Part shown: positions 34,980-48,974 of the stretch, in pieces | Layout of the letters: each line of letters starts with the position of its first letter | Position numbering within the stretch: position 1 is the stretch's first letter | Assembly (NCBI RefSeq): GCF_006345805.1 | Contig: NC_043000.1 | Coordinates: 122,760,001-122,824,000 of the forward strand | Reading direction: 5' to 3' | Source of the DNA: Octopus sinensis | Taxonomy: Eukaryota | DNA length: 64,000 nt | Position numbers and translations under genes: made by a program | Notes under the pieces: generated by a model | The model's input: only the letters and a program-made list of their open reading frames with translations | The model's database searches: none | Told to the model about the DNA's origin: nothing

Positions 34980-36093
34980 TTTAGCTGAAGAATATCACGA
35001 ACAGAAGAGGACTGCAGACAATAGCGATCGAAAATAAGTATCCGCAACATATCCATAATCGGGTTGGGGTTGGGGTGAAGGCAGGAAAGAAGCATTCGAG
35101 ATAAACAAGAGAGCTTCAAGCGAATTAGGGAGCTACTACACCTTTGTTTGATTTACTAGAAACGTCAACTAAACGTCCCACGAATCACATTATATAGCCT
35201 TAAGCAAAGAATGAGATATTGGACAATATAGCCCTCAGATGCACAAAAATAAACAGGATGGTCACGAGTGGAACACTTTTGATCATATGTCTGCTCGATC
35301 AATCCATACCCTGGCTAAGCAACAACAGTAAGAACTCGTATAAAATATATACAGGTGGTTTTTGTCTCATCATAAATGGTAAAACGGTGGAAGACCAATC
35401 TTTTAAACCACGACTAGATTCACAAATGCTGGCAATTAGCTATAGCGTAATTAATGAGGATTTTTGACTCTTTTCTGATGAGATCAGAATGATGAGATTT
35501 ATGGACATTTAATTCAGTTAATCAGCAAGTATTTCAGCCGGAATCTATCAAATGTTAGTTTAACTGTAACTATTCTTCTCTTGGTAGCCATTAGAAGTAT
35601 AATATTTTGCATTGATAAATGGAGAAAACATGATAAAATCTTATATTAACAAAGGAGACAGCTGTCTTCAAAACTGTGTGATAAAATAAAGGGGTTTTTC
35701 AATTATATTTTATGGCACTAAATTTTCTCCGGAATGGCAATTGACTATTAGCAGAAATAGCACAACAAAGTATGAAATATTTTACCATGTCTCACATCAT
35801 TTCGTGACATCGTAAAGGGTGATAAAAACTGGTTCTACTAAGTCATCTATGCCTCTGCAGTCAATAAATTAAGTGTCTCTGATATGAGTACAATGATAAT
35901 CTTCTTTGTGTTAGTCGGGGGGGGGGAAGGAAGCTAAATGTAATTACTGATTTACAGTCTCGTTCAGATTAGGCCCTAATTCAGTTTCCTGGTGCCTTGC
36001 ATAGACGCGAATAGACGCGCATAGACGAAGCAATTAGACACATTTTAACAGATGCACACGTACACATATATGTGTATGGATATACGTGAATAT

Positions 36094-36142
<49 letters not shown>

Positions 36143-36230
36143 AACAAACATATATATATGAGCAAAAATATAGATAGATAGATAGATAGACAGACAAACA
36201 GATAGACAGACCGACAGCTGGCTAGCTAGC

Positions 36231-36261
<31 letters not shown>

Positions 36262-36275
36262 GATAGATAGATAGA

Positions 36276-36432
<157 letters not shown>

Positions 36433-37309
36433 CGTTTCTCTAACAGACATTCCCCTAACGTTTGCAGGTGTCAGATTATTACAAAGAATACAAAGTTTAA
36501 GATATTCATACACCTTTACTGTAGCAGTGCTTTATTCCTTCCTTCTCAGCACTGAAATAAATTTACATTTTCCACCTAGTCAGAAGCACTACAAATAACA
36601 AAATTAAAATTTTTTTACATTTTTCGTTTTTCATGTTAGTGAAGTAGATATCATGTGACTTTTGCGATTCTAACCGTAACTGAACATTTAGAAAGCGAGC
36701 AAGGCAGTTCAAAAATAAATATTAGTAAAATAATTTTCAAAGGATATATCTCATGCTCATACATTTTAAATAATGATTATCACTCAAAAAATAAACGATA
36801 ATATCTTTTTCGCGTATTTGGAAAAAAAATTATTTTATTTTATTTTTATATTTTCCAAGAAAGTTTCGTTAGAAAACTTTCGTTGGAAATATGTTTGAGT
36901 AACAACGGTTTGTTTTACATTTGGTTTTCCTTCTTTCTTTTCTTTTTTCTTTTTTTTTCTTTAATTTTTTTTTTTAATTCCTGGAAGATCAGAGATTTTA
37001 AAAACCTTAGATCTATTCAAACAAATGCAACAGATATTGATTGCAGAAAATAGAATTCGAATAGTTTTTGCAAGAGAATAGCAATAATTACAAATATGTA
37101 TATACACTTGTCTATACCTCATTTAATATACGGCTACTATTATATTTAGATGTGGCCAAAGGATAAAATCGAATATATATATATTTATCTTTTATTGTTT
37201 TAATACTTTACGTTCGGTTACTCCAGCTGCATTTGGAATGTGGGAATCTCCCCGCTTTTGCAGTTAACACGTTCTGTTACTTTTGTTCTATAATTATAAG
37301 TGATTGGAA

Positions 37310-37720
37310 GGCGGTGAGCTGGCAGAATCGTTAGCGCACCAGGTGCAATACTTAGCGGTATTTCGCCCGTCGCTACGTTGTGAGTTCAAATTCCACTGAG
37401 GTCGACTTTGCTTGTCATACTTTCGGGGGTCGATTAAATAAGTACCAGTTACGTACTGGGATCGATGTAATCAATTTAATCCGCCCAAGCTGCCTTTGTG
37501 GCAAAAAATCTAACATCATTATTGTAAGGTGACAAGCTGGCAGAGTTATTATCACACTGGACGAAATGCTTAGCGGTCTTTTGCCAGTCACAAAATTCTG
37601 AGTTCAAATCCCAACGAGGTCGTCTTTATCTTTCATCCTTTCGAGCAGTTACACACTGGGCTCGATAGAATCGACTAGTGCCCCTCCCCAAATTTTCAGG
37701 TCTTGTACCTATAGTAGAAT
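37310..37720 (+). mobile_element. Two consecutive old family B-related SINEs (~37310-37500, ~37528-37720)
   Basis: Two heads GGCGGTGAGCTGGCAGA / GGTGACAAGCTGGCAGA, each with a GAGTTCAAAT box. Confidence 0.7.
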
Positions 37721-37786
37721 TTACCTGTTCATTCATACCATCCATATACTTTCGTATATTTATCGTATAGTATGAGATAGTATTGT

Positions 37787-38058
37787 GGAGGCAAATGGCC
37801 TAGTGGTTAGAGCAGCGGACTCGTGGTCGAGGGATCGCGGGTTCAAATCTCAGACCGGTTGATGTGTGTGTTTATGAACGAAACACCTAAGCTCGACGCG
37901 GCTTCGGCAGAAGGTAATGGCGAACTTCTGCTGACTCTTTCGTCACAACTTTCTCTCGCTCTTTCCTCCCACTCCGTCCAGGTGGGGCGCCTATACGCCA
38001 AGGAAACCGGGAAACCGGCCCTTATGAGCCAGGCATGGCTCGAGAAGGAACAAACGAA
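37787..38058 (+). mobile_element. Family C2 SINE (small internal deletion)
   Basis: 15-bp TSD ATGAGATAGTATTGT at 37772-37786 and 38059-38073. Confidence 0.92.
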
Positions 38059-38319
38059 ATGAGATAGTATTGTTTTTATATATAGGGCTAATTCCAATTT
38101 ACGTATACATTGTATAATGAGAGATAATATTGTAAATACCTCAACATATTCTTCAGTCAATTTTTTGATGGCAGTGCTACCAAGTTTGCTATAATTGGAT
38201 AAATTTGTTTATCAATAGCTGCGATAGTATATCATAACTCCATTCATGTGTCAGTTACAAACCAGAAAATATCAGTATCATAGCATTATAAGTTGTCCAG
38301 TCTTCTAGCTATTTTCTCT

Positions 38320-39050
38320 GCCTACTATTCTGGAGAGGATCGTGGAGGCAGAGTCCTCAGGAACCTCCTCCATAAGGTTCTATAAGAAGCATTGTCATTA
38401 CACTCTCCAACCGGATTCTCAAACGTGTAGATCTGAGAAACTTTTTTTATATTATCCAGCCATCTCACCTATCCCTAGCTTTCTTGCCAGTTGGCTATAG
38501 CTTGAAGAATCCGTTTTGCGATTCTTTCCTGTATCATTCGGATAGCCGCTCCGTAGCACTGGAACGGGTGAAGGCGCATGGCTCAGTGGTTAGAGCGTCG
38601 AGCTTACGATCGTGAGGTTGTGATCTCGAATCCCGGACCGGGCTGCGTGTTGTGTTCTTGAGCAAGACACCTTATTTCACGTTGCTCCAGTTAACTCAGC
38701 TGTAGAAATGAGTTGCGACGTCACGGGTGGCAAGCTGTATCGGCCTCTGCCTTTCCCTTGGATAACATCGGTGGAGAGAGGAGGCCGGTATGCATGGGCG
38801 ATGGCTGGTCTTCCATAAATCACCTTATCCAGACTTGTGACTAGGAGGGTAACTTTCTAGGTGCAATCACATGGTCAGTGTCGTGACCGAAGGGGGTCCC
38901 CATTACTGGAACGGAGAACTAACAGCTCCGTAAAACTAGAATGCTAGGGGTCCATTTCCGATTCTTAAATTCTTCATAACTGACTAGAAAACTCAGAAGT
39001 ATCTTCCCCTCCGTACTCCCAAGAGACCTTATATTTCTTGGAATGATACT
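38320..39050 (-). mobile_element. Decayed RTE-type LINE 3' end, interrupted by a C3 SINE
   Basis: The minus frame gives CYGAAIRMIQERIAKRILQA..G*VRWLDNIK and LWRRFLRTLPPRSSPE*, resembling the RTE C-terminal WYGH..RM...RPR.RW.D motif. Confidence 0.6.
38568..38904 (+). mobile_element. Family C3 SINE
   Basis: 10-bp TSD ACTGGAACGG at 38558-38567 and 38905-38914; homologous to 4174-4492. Confidence 0.92.
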
Positions 39051-39080
39051 TCCTAATTTCTAAGAAATTTCAAATAATAT

Positions 39081-39478
39081 AGTGGCTGTGTGGTAAGTAG
39101 CTTGCTAACCAACCACATGGTTCCGGGTTCAGTCCCACTGCGTGGCATCTTGGGCAAGTGTCTTCTGCTATAGCCCCGGGCCGACCAATGCCTTGTGAGT
39201 GGATTTGGTAGACGGAAACTGAAAGAAGCCTGTCGTATATATGTATATATGTATGTATGTGTGTGTGTCTGTGTTTGTACCCCTAGCATTGCTTGACAAC
39301 CGATGCTGATGTGTTTACGCCCCCGTCACTTAGCGGTTCGGCAAAAGAGACCGATAGAATAAGTACTGGGCTTACAAAGAATAAGTCCCGGGGTCGATTT
39401 ACTCGACTAAAAGGCGGTGCTCCAGCATGGCCGCAGTCAAATGATTGAAACAAGTAAAAGAGTAAAAGAGTAAAGAGT
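39081..39478 (+). mobile_element. Family A SINE, near full length
   Basis: AGTGGCTGTGTGGTAAG head through the AAGTAAAAGAGTAAAAGAG tail. Confidence 0.9.
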
Positions 39479-39507
39479 ATAACTGTTATGTCGCATAACT
39501 TTACTCT

Positions 39508-39974
39508 GGGATCTTTTCGGTTTTAACGGCAGTTTTTTCTAGCGGTGTCATATGAAATTGTCACCCATAATTATGACCCTAGTATTGATCTATTACATTT
39601 CAATCTGTTTTAGGTTTAGGGTTAGAGTTAGGGTTAGTTAGGGTTAGTTAGGGTTAGGGTTAGGGTTAGGGTTAGGATGGGGGGAAGGGTATCTTTTTTC
39701 TTCAGAAATGTATATAAACCCAATCTGTTTCTTAAACGAGGGACATATTCATACGGCACAGAATGTTTTCACCTCAATAGACGTCCTTGATTGGTTGAAA
39801 TTGCAGAAATTGAAGAAAAAAAACAACAAATATCTTACAAACTATAGAATTTTCTCAATAAAGCCAAGAGAAAAAGATGTTTTATAAACACATTCTACCT
39901 ATATACGAAGTTTAAAAATGTTTAGTTACGTGGAAATTATTTTAAAAAACTGCCGATCAAACGGAAAAGATCCC
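39508..39974. mobile_element. Non-autonomous TIR element (MITE) containing interstitial TTAGGG repeats
   Basis: 31-bp TIRs GGGATCTTTTC.GTTT.A.CGGCAGTTTTTT (28/31 match). 6-bp direct repeat TACTCT at 39502-39507 and 39975-39980. Seven perfect TTAGGG units within 39610-39677. Confidence 0.85.
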
Positions 39975-40659
39975 TACTCTGTTCTAGTTTACTCTATTCT
40001 CGATGTCTAGACTTCTCCCACTATATCTACGTATTGGGCTAGCCTACTTCATCGTCTGGGGGCGTCCACACAACAATAACCTATCACTTGTAGATTGCTT
40101 TCAGTTTATCATCAGAAGCTGATGTCTCTTGCCTTCTCTAGAAGAAACTAAGATTCATGTTACTGATACATTGCCATAAATTCTAAAACTGTTTAGTTTT
40201 CATTTCCACTTTACTATTTTCATTCGGTTCCTGTAAAGTTTATATTCTTCGTTATCAGGTTTGATTTCATCATTCGTCCAGCTCCCGTTATTTCTCCATA
40301 AAATCACAATACTTCGCCACAAGAAACATAACAGCAAGGTTATATTATATCGTATTTGTGTCGTACATCAATCCTGTAAAAAGTGTCTTCTTTTAAAGCA
40401 CTTTTCAGAAGGTTGGCTGTTTTATTTCACGTATTGCTATGTGGCGTTTTATCATATGCCAGAGTAGGTTGAATAGATTTTGCAATGAGAACATAAGGAA
40501 AGATGTACGACACAAATAGTACAAATATATTAATACAACCTGGGTATTATGTTCTATGTGGCGAAGCAAAAAAGATATTAACGAAAAATAAAGAGAGCTG
40601 GAATAGTGATAAAATCAAGCCAGAAACAAATGCAGTTTATCATTTTATATGAAAACTCC

Positions 40660-40715
<56 letters not shown>

Positions 40716-40741
40716 GTGTGTGTATTTATGTATATATTTTG

Positions 40742-40883
<142 letters not shown>

Positions 40884-40896
40884 TATAAATATATAA

Positions 40897-40930
<34 letters not shown>

Positions 40931-41142
40931 GTGTATATATGAATGAGTATAATGTTTGTATGTATATATGCAAGTATGCAGGTATGTATATATATAAATA
41001 TACATATATATATATACTCTTTTATGTGTTTCAGCCCTATATAATATATACATGTAATATATATATATATATATAATATATATATATTATATATATATTA
41101 AATAATTATATTATATGTATATATTATGTTATATATATATAT

Positions 41143-41196
<54 letters not shown>

Positions 41197-42438
41197 ATAT
41201 ATTTATATATTATACAACACGTATAATGTTATACACAAACACATATATATACTTACATATAGACAAACATAATTACATACATACACAGATGTATGTATGT
41301 ATGTATGTATGTATGTATGTATGTATGTATGTATGTATGGGTATTCTTTTGAGCATTTTACCTGGATTTCTTATTCATTATATTGGTAGCAGTTTAGACA
41401 ATATCCACCCATTCAACATATATATATATTCTTCGTTAACATCTGGAAGCTATATGTGATCTACAATAGTAATACTACTCCACACCGTTGAAGTTTTTAA
41501 AGGATTAAAGAACCAAAAATGAGTTGTTGTTGCTGTCGTTGTTGTTGTTGTTGTTGGTTCTCTCATTTTTATGTATGCTTTAGTCAGAGATATTTGCAAC
41601 GTACAATTTGTCTGTCTTTCATCAGGCTATTTGTATTTCCTAATGTAGACTAACCTCCATTGTCTCTTCTTTGTTCTCAAGTCTGGCAAATATATCTCAA
41701 TTGTCTTTTACTATTACTTGTCTGCTGCTTTCTATTACGGTAACTGCTGAAGTAGTTGTTGTTGCTGTTGTTGTTGTTGTTGTTGTTGTTATTATTTCGA
41801 TTTATTTTCTTTTTCAGAGATGTCGTTATTGTTATTATTCGGCTGTTTACTTTCTGTTTGAATTGATTCATCATATATTTCTTATTTCCATTTTGCTCTT
41901 TCCCATTTCTGTGTATCTTTTCATCTCGGTTAGTAACGTCCCTCAGTAAATATTTCTACATCTTCTTCACCCATTATTGCTGTCATTATTCTAGGATATA
42001 TTGATTGATTCGTTTGTTTCTTGCTTGTTATATACTAAAGCTATATTTTCTGGTTCATGAAGTATTCTTGTGCCACGGTGTAGATTCTATTTCCCTCTAA
42101 TATACACTCCTCTGCAGATAATACTTCACTGTGAAGCCTACCTTATTCATACTCTTGTTTCTTGACAGATGTTACATTCAGACACGTAACTTACAATGGC
42201 AATATGACTAAAACTTCACTCAGACAGCTATTTATTCAGACGGTAGTGATTGCTTTCTGAAATCTACTGCGCTGTAATTTAAGCCCACCACCAATCAACT
42301 TTTTCGTCTAATTAACACTAATGTCTACTTCCCTATAATTATAAATAAAAGGTATTTAACTAGATTATTTTCTTGACTATTAAATCTCTTGTACGACCAC
42401 GTCTGCTTCCATCCGATGACAATATATTGTATGTATAA

Positions 42439-42902
42439 GGCGGCGACCAGGCAGAACCGTTAGCACTCCGGGGAAAATTCTTACCGGTATTTTTCCATCT
42501 TCATGTTTTGAGTTCAAATTTCACCAAGGTTGACTTTGCCTTCCAGACTTTCGAGGTCGATAAAATAAGTACCAGCTGAGCACTGGAGTCTATGTAATCG
42601 ACTTCCTTTAACCCCGAACTTCCTAGTCGTCTGCCAATATTTGAAACCAATATTGTATATGTATTTGTCATTAAGGCGGCGAACTTGCAGAATCGTTAGG
42701 ACATCGGTGGAAATACTTAGCGGTATTTTTCCGACTTCATGATGTGAGAACAAAATGTTTTGCTTCATTTCTTCTGGGTCTTTCTGTTCTGATTTCAAAT
42801 CTTGCCGTTGTCACTTTGTCTTCCATACTTTCGTGTTGGTTAAATTGAATTAGCAGTCACCCACGAAAGAGAATGGCATCGATTAACACGTTATTATTAT
42901 TA

Positions 42903-42970
<68 letters not shown>

Positions 42971-43275
42971 TTGAATAGTTCGGGCTTATGTCAAAATCAG
43001 AAACTATAACAAATACCTTCTCCAGTTAGTGATTATTATTTATTTTTGGACTTTAAGACAGCAATCTTGTAGAATCATTACCACGCTGGACCTAATGCTT
43101 AGCGGCGTTACGTCCATCTTTGCATTCTGTACTCAAATCATATCGACGTCAACTTTACCCTTCATCCTTTTGAAGCCAATCAAATATGTACCAGTCGAGT
43201 ACTGTTGTCGATGTAATCGATTCCAACCCACTCAAGAACTGCTGGTCCTGTGCAAATATTTGGAGACATTATTTA
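42439..43275 (+). mobile_element. Cluster of three old family B-related SINEs (~42439-42655, ~42674-42790, ~43064-43275) with an (ATT)n tract at 42893-42970
   Basis: Repeated GGCGGCGA..GCAGAA.CGTTAG heads and GATAAAATAAGTACCAG segments. Confidence 0.65.
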
Positions 43276-43928
43276 TCTTTGGTTTTAAATATACTCACGT
43301 TTCTTCCATTTCTAGCATTAAACTAGATTTGATTCGTGCCGTATTCTACCTCTGCATATTTCCATAAGGTGTAACTTGCAAAATATCAATAAGGATTTAC
43401 GTCACAGCATTATAACTCATTTATATTCCTTTCGTTCCTCCGGCTGTAACACAGCTTCAGGTTTAACGTCTCTTATCTGTCGATCTCTTGTTTTCCATTC
43501 CTCGATGATGGTCTCAGCCTGTACAATTATTCTCCCGAAACTACAACATTAACTGTATTATGGTTTTAAATATATTATAGACAATTGTTTAGACTTTCAT
43601 CTTTAAAAAAATAACTATCTTTGATCCATCTCCATATTGCTGCCTCCTCACATACAAACATACACACATACACACACATATATATACGTGTGTGTATGTA
43701 CCTATAGATCCATAAATATGTGAGTTTGCGTGCTTGTATACGTGTAGCTATTCCTTGGGCATTTCTGCTATTCACTGAGGTGTGCAAAGCCTAAAAAACA
43801 AAATACCTCGTTCTGACAGCTTGAAATGAATGAACTCTATTTTACGTATTGAGGATTCTCATCTCTGGTAAATTCAAACGGCCACAGTCAAGTGACTTAT
43901 ACAAATAAAAGATTATATATATATATAT

Positions 43929-44250
43929 TGGTAAAAGCAGTAAGATAACAAAAGAAAGAAGGTGACCTCGATATTATGAAAATAGAGGAATTTATCTGTA
44001 AATGTAATATGTGATAATTATTCAGTAGCCAAGATAAAACTCTGAGTTTCGGATGCCGAGGTGGAAATCCACGCCACCATCTCTTCAGTTATATATATAT
44101 ATTTAAACAGAGATGCAGCACGGAATTTTGTTAGGGAACAGGTCGCGGTCTCAAAGCGACGAAAATATTTTGACAAATTAAATTTAACTGTTGAAGTGAA
44201 TCTAACGGTTTTTGTGAGTTTCTTAAATGGCTTATAAACACCTTCCACGA
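43929..44250 (-). mobile_element. Penelope-type terminal-repeat fragment with hammerhead motif
   Basis: Contains the motif at 44034-44092; the 3' end runs into (TA)n at ~43913-43928. Confidence 0.55.
44034..44092 (-). ncRNA. Type I hammerhead-like motif with extended stem II
   Basis: AUAA-CUGAAGA-GAUG..(GUGG/AUUU/CCAC)..CAUC-C-GAAA-CUC-A-GAGU-U-UUAU. Stem III is ACUC/GAGU with a 1-nt loop (dimer-type); stem I is 4 bp. Confidence 0.75.
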
Positions 44251-44615
44251 TGCAATTGTTTTCGTTCCAATTTCTCTCCTCTCTATTAACTCAATACTAC
44301 TACGGCATTCTCAAAATTTCATTCAAACCACAAGACCCCTTTGAATAAACAGCACATAGAATCTACGTCTCCATACTTTCCATTTGTAATGAGAAAATAT
44401 GAACTCCTACCGGAATTTACATACCATGCACAAGAAGCATTTCTACCGCATCTCTCTCTCTCTATATATATAAATATATTTGCTTTGAGTTTACTTGTCC
44501 TGTTTTCCATTTTCTTCTCGTTATTTATGTATTTAATTCGTTTGTTTACGTATTTCATGTTATTTGCACCGTTGGCGACGTCTCGTACGCATATATACGC
44601 ATATATATATATATA

Positions 44616-44688
<73 letters not shown>

Positions 44689-44825
44689 GTATGTGTGTGT
44701 GTGTGTGTGTGTACATATAAAAGATAAAAGACTTATACATAAATACATACACACATATATATATATATTCAGCGCTCGTGCCCCGGCATGGCAGCGGCCT
44801 TCGGGCTAAAACGTTTTTAAGGATT

Positions 44826-44860
<35 letters not shown>

Positions 44861-44872
44861 AGATAAATAAAC

Positions 44873-44915
<43 letters not shown>

Positions 44916-44924
44916 CAGATAGAC

Positions 44925-45011
<87 letters not shown>

Positions 45012-46226
45012 CACACACACATAATACGCACAATTACGCAGGCGACAAAAACTCACCTGCCGAAAAATGTCATCACGTTTCTACTAGTCTATGGCGACAT
45101 GATATATTAATAGAAACAATATACATTGCCATTCGGAAAAAAAAGACTGTTTGGAATAAATATAGAGAATCCCCTCTGTTATTGAATAAATACGCAAGCA
45201 TCAACACAAGCAATACTGATGGAAATTTCCCATCAAAGCATCTGTCAAGAGTAAGCATGATAGGCCAGATATCTTATGTTTCGGACAGGCAAGAAAAAGT
45301 ATGTACTCTCATAAAGGTCAGCTGTCTTGATGACGTAAATATCTCTGTGAAAAATATATACAACTGTTCCGAAACCTCCAGCTTCTATATGCAGATTATA
45401 AATTTACAATTACACCAATAATAACAGGTGCACTTGATTTTGTGAGTAAATGCCTAACAGAAAATCTGGGTAAGCTTAAAGTTTCAGGAAAAGAAATCAA
45501 ACGATTAACTTGCACATTCCCAATGCAATCTCTAAGTGGAACAATAAAAATATGCAAGACTTTTCTCAAGCTTAAAATGAGACGTATTTGCTACTTACAT
45601 TCTCACGATGGACCTTTTTATCTTTGTCAGAAAACAGCAGCTCCTTCCTCAAAGGAAGAACTTAAATAATTATATATAGAAGGGAACATACATATATGCA
45701 TACATACATGTAAATCCAATACCTAAGATATACTTTGAGTTTTATACCTATTATTACTGGAGCAACAGGATATGAAGTATAGATGGACATGTGTTCCTCG
45801 AGAGAGAAACGACTTCTTTAATTCATACGCCATAAGTGTTCAGGATATATGGGTCAATGAAAAAAAATGTGCCGGTCCTTCTTAGGATGTAAAGGATGAT
45901 GGCAAAGACAAGATGCTTTCCTTCAAGACCTCGCTACAGAATAGTTAGCCGTTCAAAATTAACTCTAAATCAATGATTCCCAATATAGGGCAGACGTCCC
46001 ACCGGTGGGAACTGAGAAAATCATGGTGGGGCATGGGATCCCAATATTTTAGCTAAACATGGAATTGTGAAAAACTTTTTTTACAGTAAACATGTTACAC
46101 CTGTACTCAGCAGAGTTAAACCAATCCCTCCATCCTAGCATACTATGTGAAGACTGTTTGCTACAATATAGCCCTATTCTAATGCCCTAGTGTGGATATT
46201 TCTGTAAGGAAAATATATAATTATGA

Positions 46227-46526
46227 GTGGAGGCACATGTCCTAGTGGTCAGAGCAGCGGATTGTGGTCCAGGGATCGCGGGTTCGAATCTCAGACCGGG
46301 CGATATGTGTGTTTATTAGCGGAACACCTAAGCTCCACGCAGCTCCGGTAGAAGGTAATGGCGAACTTCTGCTGACTCTTTCACCGCAACTTTCTCTCAC
46401 TCTTTCCTCCTGCATCTTATAGCTCATATGCAACGGACCGGCGTCCCGCCCAGGTGGGGAGCCTATACGCCAAGGAAACTGGGAAACCGCCCTTATGAGT
46501 CAGGCGTGGCTCGAGAGGGAACAAAC
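46227..46526 (+). mobile_element. Family C2 SINE, full length
   Basis: 12-bp TSD ATATAATTATGA at 46215-46226 and 46527-46538. Confidence 0.92.
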
Positions 46527-47268
46527 ATATAATTATGAAATATTAAAAATATAGTTGTATTTTTTTCTTAACGATCGGTGAGGCATACATTTTTGTGGAA
46601 AGCTACAGTGGGGCCTGGGGAAAAATAGGCTGGAAAATGCTGTTCTAAATTAAAAAGATAAAAAGAAAATACACGTACATGTGTACACTATATCTTGAGA
46701 AGGAGGGCGTTTTGCATATACTTCATTATCTGTTGCTTCTGAATTTTATAAATTCAACTAAAAAAAAATGAAACTTGTTGAATTTGAAAACAAGTAACAT
46801 AACTTGTGGATGGAAGATAAAGATTAGACATATCTAGTTTATGTTAGATGGATACAGGCACCTTCGTTATTACAGTAATCCATGTATGTGACAGGATTTT
46901 TGCTGTACTGTAGCAAAGTTGTAAAAGTAAGATAATTGATGTATTTTCGTAAAGATAATCATTTAAGCTTTCCCTCCTAATATACGCTTGTCCGAATTTG
47001 AGTGTGCATGTGTGTGTGTGAGTGTGTGTATGTTTCTCTGTGTGTGTGTATTGGTATGTGTGTGTGTTTGTGTATGCGTTTGTCTGTGTCTGTGTGCATA
47101 TATAGATTAATTCTGAGCATACATGTATGTATGCATAACGGCTTATAGCATCTAAGTGTATGTGCGCGTTGTGCGGGTATATATATTTGCTTGAAAGAAT
47201 CCCTGTCTCTGTCTGTCTCTCTCTCTCCCTCTCCCCCTCCCCCCCTCTCTCTCTCTAGATATACACAC

Positions 47269-47319
<51 letters not shown>

Positions 47320-47486
47320 CATACATATTGTTGTTTATGTATTGCGTATGTGCATATGGAATGCACAAACCATTTCCCTAACCACCTTACCTTTCTCTAT
47401 TTCTACCTCATCCTCTCTTTCTTACTCCTTCCCCCTCTCTCTCTCACTTTATCTATCTCCCTTACTTTTTCCTTTTCTCTTCCTAG

Positions 47487-47590
47487 GCCATCCAGTAAAA
47501 TGAAATACCTACAACTGGGTTTTCTTTACTTCGTGTCTTATCTCCTATCTGTTGTCTTTGCATCAGTGGAAGGAGATAAATTGCAGGAAT
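47487..47590 (+). CDS. Candidate exon carrying the start codon and signal peptide of a secreted protein (MKYLQLGFLYFVSYLLSVVFASVEGDKLQE-)
   Basis: Strong acceptor TTTTCCTTTTCTCTTCCTAG|G; AAAATG start at 47500; K then a hydrophobic stretch then VEG|D; phase-1 donor T|GTAAAG at 47591. No homology is recognised and no partner exon is established. Confidence 0.5.
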
Positions 47591-48974
47591 GTAAAGTGAC
47601 TAGCGACATAGTAATCTAGCTAACTACCTAGCATAGGTATTGATCGATCGCTCTAGGTGTCAGAAGTAAATCAGCTTTTGCCAAACATGACAAACAACAA
47701 CGACCAACTTAGTAAAGCATTCGTTCAACTACACTCGCTTCCAATATCTGATTCTCGCTCAGTTTTCACTCGCCTTGCTTCATTTTTACTTTCAGTCACT
47801 GCTTGTTTCGGTTTTCACATCCTCTGTTTCAACGTTGCCAAAAAGCAATGTTGTGCAAGTATGAATGTATATTTGTGCGTGTATGTACACATGCATATTT
47901 CTTCGTATATTTGTGTATCTATATATGCATATCCCGTTGTGTGCATGAACATATGTATGTGTATGTTTGTGTGTATATTCAATATATATATATATTTGTA
48001 TGTACATGATGTATATATGAATGTAAGTGTAAATGTATAACTGTATGTATGATCATAGATACATGCATAAATCAATGTATGTATGTATGTATGTATGTGT
48101 TTGTATGTTCTTATATGTCTATGTTCGTATATATATATTTGAATATGTATATATGTATGAATATGTAAGTATATCGTTAATAGCAACAATTTATTGATTA
48201 TATATGTAGAAATGCACATAATTGTATATATGCATTTATACATATTGACCTACCTATATGCACATATTATATATGTGTGCATTAGCTTTTATGCGGGTGT
48301 CCAAATTTATACACACATCTACCTCCAGAGTATCGTCAAATTGTTAATTAGTTCACACCGTAATCCTGAGGTGTCATGTTCAACCACATACTGGGGCTCT
48401 TTGGAGGTAACAACAGCTGTTTCTTGGAGTTGACCTAAGCCTTGTAAATGAAATGGGTTAGAAGTAAGTTGTGTGGTGATCAGTTGCTTGTTCTATACCA
48501 GAAAATTAAACGGCCAATTTTTAGATACGTTCATGCTAGATACTACCTAAACTTTATATGGAGCACAAAGTGGACGAATCCTGCCTAGTTTTAAAAGCAG
48601 CGTAATAGGATGCTCTTTGTCTATATGATGGCCTCTTGGGCATTGACGTAGCAAGGAAGAAAAGAGAAACAATGGGAGAAACGAAATAACGGTGGAAAAG
48701 GGTGGTGCAAGGGGGAAGGAGAACAAGGAAGAAGGGGAGAAAAGAGAAAGGGATGAAAGGAGGGAGAACATTTCCAACGGTTTTTTTAACCCTTTAGCTC
48801 ACTTGTGCGATACAAGTAAAATGTTTTGTTTTTGTTACTCGCTTGACCTTGAAAAAAACATTCTGCCTTTTTTAATTGTTTGCTCAATCTCCTGCGAAAC
48901 GTTGGTGAATGCTGCAATCAGAAGAACCATAACAAGCCTTGACCTCATAACCTCTCGACACTGAACGATCTGTG

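Noticed and set aside
39610-39677. TTAGGG repeats as a telomere or fusion site
   Set aside because: They are short, degenerate and enclosed within a TIR element.
44341-44460. Short non-repetitive frame NKQHIESTSPYFPFVMRKYELLPEFTYHAQEAFLPH
   Set aside because: No convincing splice sites, no recognisable homology, and it runs into microsatellite.
44790-44815. GCC-UUCG-GGC hairpin followed by AAAACGUU
   Set aside because: It resembles half a hammerhead, but there is no CUGANGA and no GAAA.
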